Shown here: piece after piece, positions 1 through 6,798 of the stretch
How positions within the stretch are numbered: the first letter of the stretch is position 1
How the letters are laid out: each line of letters opens with the position of its first letter
DNA from: Gemmatimonadota bacterium
GTDB taxonomy: Bacteria; Gemmatimonadota; Gemmatimonadetes; JACCXV01; JAHWKZ01
Direction: 5' to 3'
Assembly: GCA_035708865.1 (NCBI GenBank)
Contig: DASTFF010000020.1
Span: forward strand, 269 to 64,268
Length of the DNA: 64,000 bases
The notes under the pieces: generated by a model
What the model was told of the DNA's origin: nothing
The model's input: only the letters and a program-made list of their open reading frames with translations
The model's database searches: none
Position numbers and translations under genes: made by a program

Positions 1-82
1 GAGGCGGTGGTGGTTTCGGCGGCAGAGGCTTATCCCAAGGTTCGTCAGCTCTCTTTCGCGGAGACTTCTTTTTCTTCTTCAT
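1..82 (-). CDS. Partial CDS (5' end only, runs off the left edge); Lys-rich then Pro-rich N-terminus MKKKKKSPRKRADEPWDKPLPPKPPPP
   Basis: ATG at 80-82 (minus strand) is preceded by TAGGAGG 7 nt upstream. The frame stays open to the window edge. Not in the ORF track because it is truncated. Confidence 0.3.
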   Translation of the reverse strand, partial: MKKKKKSPRKRADEPWDKPLPPKPPPP

Positions 83-125
83 TCAGACGCCTCCTATCTC
101 CCCAGGGTGGAGGAAGCAAACGGCA

Positions 126-155
126 AAAGCTTCAATTCAAGTCAATTGAAGCTTT
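126..155. repeat. Perfect 12-bp inverted repeat AAAGCTTCAATT-N6-AATTGAAGCTTT
   Basis: Read directly from the sequence. AT-rich palindrome in a GC-rich genome. It lies between the 3' end of tRNA-Lys and the start of the partial CDS at 82. Confidence 0.8.
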
Positions 156-354
156 ACCCGACCTCGTCACGTTGCCCATAGAGCGCCCATGATGGCAGAG
201 AATGTCCCCACCTAAGTCGTGGAGACAACCTCATGAATTACTCCTGAGCTGGCAAATTCGGCGGAAGTATGCTTCGGAGAGTCCGGGCAGTACGGGGTGA
301 TTGTTTGGGCTGAGAGGGGATGTCAGCTGGGAAAGTTCCCCGTAAGTCTAAAGC

Positions 355-430
<76 letters not shown>

Positions 431-529
431 GCCGCCAGAACTTCCGGAAGGAGCACAAAATATAGCCTCGGTAAGACGACCCAACAACCGAAGGAGGGCC
501 GGCCGCGCTGGCGGCCGGCCTGAGTCAGA

Positions 530-607
530 TGGGGTGAGCGAGGGGATTCGAACCCCCGACCCCCAGGGCCACAACCTGGTGCTCTAACCAACTGAGCTAC
601 GCCCACC
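530..607 (-). tRNA. tRNA-His (anticodon GTG) with G-1, CCA encoded
   Basis: Reverse complement reads GGTGGGCGTAGCTCAGTTGGTTAGAGCACCAGGTTGTGGCCCTGG...GGTTCGAATCCCCTCGCTCACCCCA. Anticodon loop is TTGTGGC. The extra 5' G is typical of tRNA-His. Confidence 0.9.
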
Positions 608-896
608 GTGAAGCACTAAAGCTACTCGTTCCGAGGCCCATCCTCAACGCGGATAGAGCTGATTCCGGCGCCGAGCGCTGCGCAGATCGGCCTCCTCAAG
701 GACTGTCGGAGGGCTCCACTATGCTCCTGGTATGCCCCTCTTCAACCATCCTCCACGCCAGTGACCTGGTTAGCCTTTGTCGCCGGATGTCTCGTCGGGG
801 GCATCGTCGGCGCGGTCGCGGCGTTGCTGTTCTTCGCTTCCCAGGTCCACAAGGGCCGGTGGTGATGGGCCACCGAGCCGCTCACGCCCCGCGTGT

Positions 897-974
897 GGCG
901 CCCCGGGAGGGATTCGAACCCCCGACCCGCGGCTTAGAAGGCCGCTGCTCTGTCCAACTGAGCTACCGGGGCGC
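897..974 (-). tRNA. tRNA-Arg (anticodon TCT), CCA not encoded
   Basis: Reverse complement reads GCGCCCCGGTAGCTCAGTTGGACAGAGCAGCGGCCTTCTAAGCCGC...GGTTCGAATCCCTCCCGGGGCGCC. Anticodon loop is CTTCTAA. Confidence 0.9.
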
Positions 975-1242
975 GCCTTTACACTACAAGAGCTTACAAC
1001 GTTTACCTCGACGTAAGAATATAGCCCTCCTCGAGTCGGCCCGAACATGGAATCCAGCCCGCCCCGAGGTCACTGACCCGGACCCGTACTCGACCCTGGC
1101 GATGTTTCTCTTCGGCGGTGGCCGCAAGAGCGAGGGTCTCGGACTCGCTGTCGAGGACGCTCGCTTCACGCGCAAAGTCCGTGACTTCAGACCCGAACCA
1201 GTACCGGCGGTTGAAAACCCGGAGCACATCGCGCCTTGGAGT

Positions 1243-1662
1243 TCACTCAGACAATTGGTCGACGCGCCATGTGCCCTCGCACTTCTCTCCCTCAGGCTCG
1301 CTTTCGAGGCAGACGAGCCAAACCCGGCTGACCTTGCGGAGGCACAGGGCCTTGGTTTCCCCCGCATGTATTTCCTCTTCTAGCCGGACTTCCCGCTCTA
1401 TAGGGTGTCCGATGAGAAGCAGCCCCAACGAGTAATCGCCTCGGTTGTGTGCCGTGACACAAACGTCGGGCGTCGCATGACTAGTCACAAAAACCTGGTC
1501 ACCTATTCTCCCTGGGGGTCGAATATCCTGCATCACAGCTTCGAACACCCCAGGCCCAGCCAGCGTGTTGCCTCCGGCGTTCAGTATGGCTCCTTCTCCC
1601 GCACATCCAGTCAAGAACAAACCCGCTATGACCAGTCCAGACAAGGCAATTTCACGATACAT
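1243..1662 (-). CDS. Hypothetical lipoprotein (139 aa), Cys-containing, no recognisable family
   Basis: ATG is preceded by AAGGAGG 7 nt upstream. N-terminus MYREIALSGLVIAGLFLTGC carries a lipobox (LTGC). Sits in a lower-GC stretch. Confidence 0.6.
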   Translation of the reverse strand: MYREIALSGLVIAGLFLTGCAGEGAILNAGGNTLAGPGVFEAVMQDIRPPGRIGDQVFVTSHATPDVCVTAHNRGDYSLGLLLIGHPIEREVRLEEEIHAGETKALCLRKVSRVWLVCLESEPEGEKCEGTWRVDQLSE

Positions 1663-1880
1663 GTGCCCGCCTCCTTTTCAAACAACGCGTTAAGAGCCAC
1701 GTAATAGATGGGCAGGGCATGCGCACAAAACTACAGGAAGGCATTCATGAGGCGGTGCCAGTCGTGGTGACAGATACTTTCGTCGACCCTATCCAGTTGG
1801 GTCACACGAAGCTAAGCGATCAGCGAGGGAGCAGACGAAGAATTAGAAGTACAAAAAGCAGCTTCTTGCCGGTGCGAGAT

Positions 1881-2267
1881 TCAGGTGTCCTGGTGAAAGT
1901 GGCAGATCACAGGTCCAATCCAGCCATAGTCCCTGGTTTCTTCGTACGAAGGCTCTATACGCAGGGTATTCGCGCCACTAGAGCGAAGAACATCTGGAGG
2001 GATCACAACATTCATCCGATCGGGAGCAAATGCGTCGGCACCGCTTTGCCAACGGCGGGCACTAATCGTCGGTAAAAGACGGCCATTGAGTCTAACCCGA
2101 AACAACATGTTCCTGTCGCCGGCGCGGTAGCCCCCAAATGCAGCGATGTCAAGGAGCGCTTCGGTATTGTGCCGACCGCCCGTGTGGAAATCGACATTGA
2201 GAACCCTGCCGTTGAAGAGGAACTCACTTCCGTCAGTAACAGTAGTGAAATCAGAAAGGATAGGCAT
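1881..2267 (-). CDS. Hypothetical protein (128 aa), beta-rich, family not recognised
   Basis: ORF with GAGGGA upstream of its ATG. Lies 30 nt downstream of the 75-aa ORF on the same strand. Lower-GC region. Confidence 0.5.
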   Translation of the reverse strand: MPILSDFTTVTDGSEFLFNGRVLNVDFHTGGRHNTEALLDIAAFGGYRAGDRNMLFRVRLNGRLLPTISARRWQSGADAFAPDRMNVVIPPDVLRSSGANTLRIEPSYEETRDYGWIGPVICHFHQDT

Positions 2268-2296
2268 AGCTTATAATTCCCTCGAACTTGAAGGCC

Positions 2297-2524
2297 CTAG
2301 TTCTTATTCGACGCTCGAACGACCTCTTCGACAGGAACTCCCGGATCAAATGCCGTCCCCGGGTCAATGCCCAACATCGACGCCAGGAGGCCGATTCGGG
2401 CTACAATATCATCTGAGGGTAGTTTCGGTGATTCCGAGGACCAATCGAGGCGACGGGCCTCTGCAGCTTTGGCGAGTTCTTCCGCTCGAAGTTCCAAGTC
2501 TTTTTCTTTCACGCGCTTCCTCAC
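2297..2524 (-). CDS. Hypothetical small protein (75 aa) with a charged, coiled-coil-like N-terminus
   Basis: GTG-start ORF immediately downstream of a consensus sigma70-type promoter. AGGAGA lies upstream. No family recognised. Confidence 0.45.
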   Translation of the reverse strand: MRKRVKEKDLELRAEELAKAAEARRLDWSSESPKLPSDDIVARIGLLASMLGIDPGTAFDPGVPVEEVVRASNKN

Positions 2525-2538
2525 CCTTGGATTCTCCT

Positions 2539-2566
2539 ATTATACCAAGGAGGGCTTCGGTGTCAA
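2539..2566 (-). promoter_or_regulatory. Consensus sigma70-type promoter TTGACA-N16-TATAAT
   Basis: Minus strand reads cgaTTGACAccgaagccctccttggTATAATagg. Both hexamers match consensus perfectly. Located directly upstream of the 75-aa ORF. Confidence 0.55.
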
Positions 2567-2596
2567 TCGTGGTGACAACCACTTGCGGGGTGGGAC

Positions 2597-4195
2597 TTAG
2601 CGGACCGCTTCGCCCTGACGCTGCAGCTCGGGCCCGACCTCTTCGGCGGCTGGCACCGCCGGGGATGGCTCACGCTCTCTGGCCAGACGCGCCTCGACGG
2701 CGGTCCGGATCTCGTCCCATTCCTCGCGCGGCACGGCGAGAAACGCGCGGACGAGGGCGGGGTCGAACTTGCCCGCGTTCCGGCGGCTGATCTCCTCGAC
2801 GACGTCCTCGTAGGTGAGGGCCGCCCGGTAGGGCCGGGGCATCGTCATGGCTTCGAGGGTGTCGGCCAGCGCCAGGATCCGGGCGGCGGGATGGATCTGC
2901 TCCCCGGCCAGGCCCTGCGGATAGCCGCTTCCGTTGAACCGCTCGTGGTGGACCTCCACGATCCCGATCACGCTCTCGTCGATCCCCAGACCTTCCAGCA
3001 GGGCCTTCCCCACCTCGACGTGGCGCTGGACCTCCATCCGCTCGCTCTCGGTCAAGGGGCCCGGCTTCATCAGGACGGCGGACCGGACCGCGACGTTTCC
3101 CACATCATGCAGCAGGGCGGCCGTCCTGAGGGCGTCCCGGTCGCGGGCCGGCAGCCCGATCTCGGCGGCGATCCGGAGCGCGAACTCGGCCAAACGGAGC
3201 GAATGGCCGATCGGCTCGTGGACGATACGGTCGAGCTGCGAGACGAGCCTGCGCAGCATATCCCCCGTCGGCTCCTCGAGCGGGCGCTCGCCGGTCGGGA
3301 TGGCGCCGCTCCGGGCCATCAGCACGGCCGCTTCACCGGCCATGTGATCGAGGGTCCGCAGGTGCTCGCCGTTCAGGAGCCAGGAGCCGCGCTCGCGCAT
3401 GGCCACCAGCGCTCCCGCCACCTCACCGTTCGTGGTGCGGATCGGAACCCCCACCACACTCTGCACGCCGTTGGGAAGGCCGAGTCCCTGCCCCTGGGCG
3501 TCCGGGAACTTGAGCGACGATCCCGTATCGATGACCCGCCGGGCCACGGTCCGGCCGAGCTCGGAACGATGGTCGTCGAGCGCGATCCCGCTGCCGAGCT
3601 CGAGGACGTGGGCGCCGCCCGCACGGCCGGCATAGAGCCCCGCGCGATCGGCGGTCACCGCCATGCGGGCCGACTTCAGGAACACGTCGAAGCCGAGCCG
3701 GTCATCCAGATAGGCGTCGACGGCGTGCCGGATCCGGTGCATGGCGAGGACGTTCCGAAGCCCGTCGTTCTCCCGGATGAGACGGCGCCGCTCCAGGGCG
3801 TGAAGGACGAGCGTCGGGAGCCGTCCCATCTCGAACGGCTTCTTCAGGCAGTCGTAGATCTCGTTCCCGCTCGCCCGCGGCTCGCGGCCGATCGCGCGAT
3901 GGCGGGTCGTCAGGATGATGGCCGTCGCGGGATCCAGCCGCCGGGCCTCCCCGACGGGGTCGGCCTCGGCTCCGGCGCTCAGGTGGGCGTCGCAGACCAG
4001 GACGTCCACCGGCTCGCGGCGCAGGAGCGCGACCGCCTCGGACGGATCGTCCAGGACAGCGCAGTCGACCTCGCAGGGCTTCAGGAGCGTCTGTACGAGC
4101 GCCAGGATGGAGCGTTCGTCATCGACGACGAGGACTCTCGCGGCGCGGCCTTGGGGATCGGGCGGGCCGCCGTGGGGTCGCGGTCCATGGGTCAT
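2597..4195 (-). CDS. Response regulator with REC, GAF and HD-GYP domains (probable c-di-GMP phosphodiesterase, RpfG-like)
   Basis: Receiver domain RVLVVDDERSIL...DVLVCDAHL; central GAF-like region; C-terminal LLHDVGN...HHERFNGSGYPQGL HD-GYP signature. Start set at MTHGPRP (ATG at 4195); the longer ORF-track N-terminus overlaps kynA. Confidence 0.85.
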   Translation of the reverse strand: MTHGPRPHGGPPDPQGRAARVLVVDDERSILALVQTLLKPCEVDCAVLDDPSEAVALLRREPVDVLVCDAHLSAGAEADPVGEARRLDPATAIILTTRHRAIGREPRASGNEIYDCLKKPFEMGRLPTLVLHALERRRLIRENDGLRNVLAMHRIRHAVDAYLDDRLGFDVFLKSARMAVTADRAGLYAGRAGGAHVLELGSGIALDDHRSELGRTVARRVIDTGSSLKFPDAQGQGLGLPNGVQSVVGVPIRTTNGEVAGALVAMRERGSWLLNGEHLRTLDHMAGEAAVLMARSGAIPTGERPLEEPTGDMLRRLVSQLDRIVHEPIGHSLRLAEFALRIAAEIGLPARDRDALRTAALLHDVGNVAVRSAVLMKPGPLTESERMEVQRHVEVGKALLEGLGIDESVIGIVEVHHERFNGSGYPQGLAGEQIHPAARILALADTLEAMTMPRPYRAALTYEDVVEEISRRNAGKFDPALVRAFLAVPREEWDEIRTAVEARLAREREPSPAVPAAEEVGPELQRQGEAVR

Positions 4196-4280
4196 AACCT
4201 GGCGCCCCGATTCCAGCAACAATCGGGCCGCCTGGGTGGGACCGCTCCAATCGTCCTCGATAGCGTTCAGATCGCCGGTT

Positions 4281-5051
4281 TCAGAACGCGGCGCGGGCGG
4301 CCCAGAGGTCCGGGAAGGCGGGGTCGAAGAGGGTCCGCTTGAGAAACGCCACACCGCTCGAGCCGCCGGTGCCGCGGCGGGTCCCGATCGTCCGCTCGAC
4401 CATCTTGACGTGCCGGTAGCGCCACTCCTGGAACCCCTCGTCCAGGTCCAGGAACCGTTCGCAGATCGCGGCCGACCCGGGATCCTCACGATAGACCGCG
4501 ACCAGCGCCCGCTCCACCTCCTCAGACGGGGCGACCCGCACCCTCATGTCCCGTTCCAGAGCCGCGGCAGGTATCGCATGCCCGTGGCGGGCCAGGTGCC
4601 CGAGCAGGGCGTCCCAGATCGTGGGGGAGCTCAGCCTGGCCTCCAGCCGGGCCCGTTCCCCGCCCTCGAAGTCGCCGAGCACGCGGGCGTCCTTGATCCC
4701 GAGCGCGAACTCGAACTCCCGGAACTGGACGGACTGGGACCCGCTCGCGGTCTCCAGGCGGTCCCGGAAGCTCAGGAACTCGAGCGGCGTCATGGTCTCG
4801 AGGACATCGGTCTGGGCGACCGCGATCTTCAGGATCGTAAGGATCCGTTTGAGCGTGTTGAGCGCCTGCGGAGCCAGGTCCGCCTCGAGGAGCGACCGCA
4901 GCCGGTCCAGTTCGTGGAGCATCTCCTTGAACCACAGCTCGTAGACCTGGTGGATGATGATGAAGAGGAGCTCGTCGTGCTCGTCGCTCTCCGGCCGCTG
5001 GAGCGAGAGAAGATCGTCCAGCCGCAGATAGCTGCCGTACGTCAGGGTCAC
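4281..5051 (-). CDS. kynA: Tryptophan 2,3-dioxygenase
   Basis: YGSYLRLDDLLSLQRPESDEHDELLFIIIHQVYELWFK and GTGGSSGVAFL are typical TDO blocks. GTG start at 5051 (VTLTYG). The upstream part of the ORF-track entry is a shadow of the HTH-TPR gene. Confidence 0.85.
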   Translation of the reverse strand: MTLTYGSYLRLDDLLSLQRPESDEHDELLFIIIHQVYELWFKEMLHELDRLRSLLEADLAPQALNTLKRILTILKIAVAQTDVLETMTPLEFLSFRDRLETASGSQSVQFREFEFALGIKDARVLGDFEGGERARLEARLSSPTIWDALLGHLARHGHAIPAAALERDMRVRVAPSEEVERALVAVYREDPGSAAICERFLDLDEGFQEWRYRHVKMVERTIGTRRGTGGSSGVAFLKRTLFDPAFPDLWAARAAF

Positions 5052-5055
5052 CCGG

Positions 5056-5871
5056 TCAGTGACCCCGGACGAGATCGCTGTAGCTCCTGAGGTGTCGGAG
5101 GGCGGAGGCCCGGTCGCCAGCCTCATCGTACAGCCGGGCCAGGTTGTAGTAGGCGTCGGCCATCTGCTCGTCTGACGCGATCGCGCGCTGATAGGCCAGG
5201 ATGGCCTCGCCGTCCTTGCCCAGGTCCTCGAGCACGACGCCCAGGTTGTAGGCCGCCGTGGGGTCGCCGGGGGCGGATTCCAGCGCACGCTCGTACTGCC
5301 GGCGGGCTTCTTCGAGCTGCCCGTCCTCGTGCTGGAGCCGGCCCAGGTTGATGCGGGCGTCGACGTGATCGGGCTCCATCTCGAGCGCGCGGCGATAGAG
5401 CTCGCGCGCCATCCGGGGGCTGCTCGCCTCCAGGCTGCAGCCGAGCTCGAACCAGTCGTCGGCATCCCGATCGGCGGCATTCGGAACGCCGCCGACCAGC
5501 TGGACGGGCTCGCTCGCTCCGCCGGATTCGAAATCGAGGACGGTCTGCCCCGAATCGGGGTTCCAGCGCGAGAGAGCGTCGTCGATGACCAGCTCCCGAC
5601 CCTGGGCGAGGATCCGCACCGAGCTCAGCGAGCGGTCGTCGGGCATCCTTCCGCGAAGCGACCGCAGGATCGCGTTCACCCGGCGGCGCGAGATGTCCGA
5701 AGACTCCAGGCGGAGGGCGGTCCTCATGACCAGCAGGTCCTGAAAGCTGAACAGGTAGGTGTTCCCGGGTCCGCGCTTGGGGTCCACGACCCCGGCGCGC
5801 ACGAAACCTTGCACCCGGCTGGCCGGGACGGTCAGGATCCGCGCCGCTTCACGCGTCGTGTAGGTGCTCAA
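5056..5871 (-). CDS. MerR/excisionase-type HTH protein with a C-terminal TPR domain
   Basis: N-terminus TREAARILTVPASRVQGFVRAGVV...YLFSFQDLLVMR is HTH-like. C-terminal TPR repeats follow (ARELYRRALEMEPDH..., ARRQYERALESAPGD..., AILAYQRAIASD...). The TTG start overlaps the ku stop (TTGA). Confidence 0.7.
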   Translation of the reverse strand: MSTYTTREAARILTVPASRVQGFVRAGVVDPKRGPGNTYLFSFQDLLVMRTALRLESSDISRRRVNAILRSLRGRMPDDRSLSSVRILAQGRELVIDDALSRWNPDSGQTVLDFESGGASEPVQLVGGVPNAADRDADDWFELGCSLEASSPRMARELYRRALEMEPDHVDARINLGRLQHEDGQLEEARRQYERALESAPGDPTAAYNLGVVLEDLGKDGEAILAYQRAIASDEQMADAYYNLARLYDEAGDRASALRHLRSYSDLVRGH

Positions 5872-6740
5872 CCCTCGCTCGCCTTGCGAGAACCGGACGC
5901 CTTCTTGCGCGCCGTCTTCTTGGCCGGCTTGCGGGTGGTCTTGCTCGCCTTGGTCGGCTTGTCCTTCTCGGCCCCCTCGAGGCTGGCCTTGAGCGCCTGC
6001 ATGAGGTCGATGACCTTGCCGTCCGTCTCGGGCGCCGGGGCGGCGGTGATCTCCTCGCCCTGGATCTTGCGCTCGATCTGCTCGAGCACGCGCTTGTAGA
6101 CATCGTCCTCGAACTTCTCGGGACGGTACTCGTCGGTGGAGCCCTGCTCGACGAGCTGGACCGCCAGCTTCATCTCCTCCTTCTTGACCTTCCCGTCGCC
6201 GATCGGCACCTCCTCGAACGGCTTGACCTCGTCGGCGTAGCGGAGCTGCTCCATGAGGAGGCCCTCTTCGATCGGACGGACGAGGACGACGTACTGTTTG
6301 CCACGGGCGGCATAGGTGCCGAGGCCGGCGCGGCCGGTCTCGCGGAGAGCGGCGCTCAGGAGCCGGTAGGCGCGCTCGCCTCCCTTGTCGGGCCCCAGAT
6401 AGTAGGCCCGATCGAGATACAGCCGTTCGACTTCATCCAGCGGGACGAACTCCACGATCTCGACGGCCTCGGTCGCCTGGGCGTCGAGCTTCTTGAGCTC
6501 GTCGGGGGTGAAGAGAACGTATTGATCGCGGGCGAACTCGTAGCCCTTGACCAGCTCGTCGCGCTCGACGATGCGCTCGTGCTTGGGGCACCAGAAGCGC
6601 TGCTGAACACGTGTCCCGCACTCCTCGTGGATCCAGTTGAAGGAGATGCTGCGGGAGCTCTCGCTGGTCGAGTAGAGCTTGACGGGGACGTTGACGAGTC
6701 CGAATGAGATCGTAGCCGTTCCCATCGCGCGGGCGGCCAT
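5868..6740 (-). CDS. ku: Ku protein (bacterial NHEJ) with a Lys-rich C-terminal tail
   Basis: ISFGLVNVPVKLYSTSE motif and the Ku core. Tail is KDKPTKASKTTRKPAKKTARKK. ATG at 6740 has GGAGGA 7 nt upstream. Confidence 0.9.
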   Translation of the reverse strand: MAARAMGTATISFGLVNVPVKLYSTSESSRSISFNWIHEECGTRVQQRFWCPKHERIVERDELVKGYEFARDQYVLFTPDELKKLDAQATEAVEIVEFVPLDEVERLYLDRAYYLGPDKGGERAYRLLSAALRETGRAGLGTYAARGKQYVVLVRPIEEGLLMEQLRYADEVKPFEEVPIGDGKVKKEEMKLAVQLVEQGSTDEYRPEKFEDDVYKRVLEQIERKIQGEEITAAPAPETDGKVIDLMQALKASLEGAEKDKPTKASKTTRKPAKKTARKKASGSRKASEG

Positions 6741-6798
6741 ATGGGTCCTCCTTCTGCCTGGTCCGTCGCTTGGCTCATGCCAGACCACTCAATATGCC

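Noticed and set aside
7-192. Plus-strand ORF 7..192 at the window start.
   Set aside because: It has no RBS and an odd composition. It is antisense to a better-supported minus-strand start (ATG at 82 with a TAGGAGG RBS).
497-520. A 10-bp perfect GC hairpin (GGCCGGCCGC-gctg-GCGGCCGGCC) between tRNA-His and tRNA-Lys, considered as a distinct regulatory element.
   Set aside because: It is real in the sequence but is most simply a processing or termination hairpin within the tRNA transcript. It has no U-tail, and I found no other copies.
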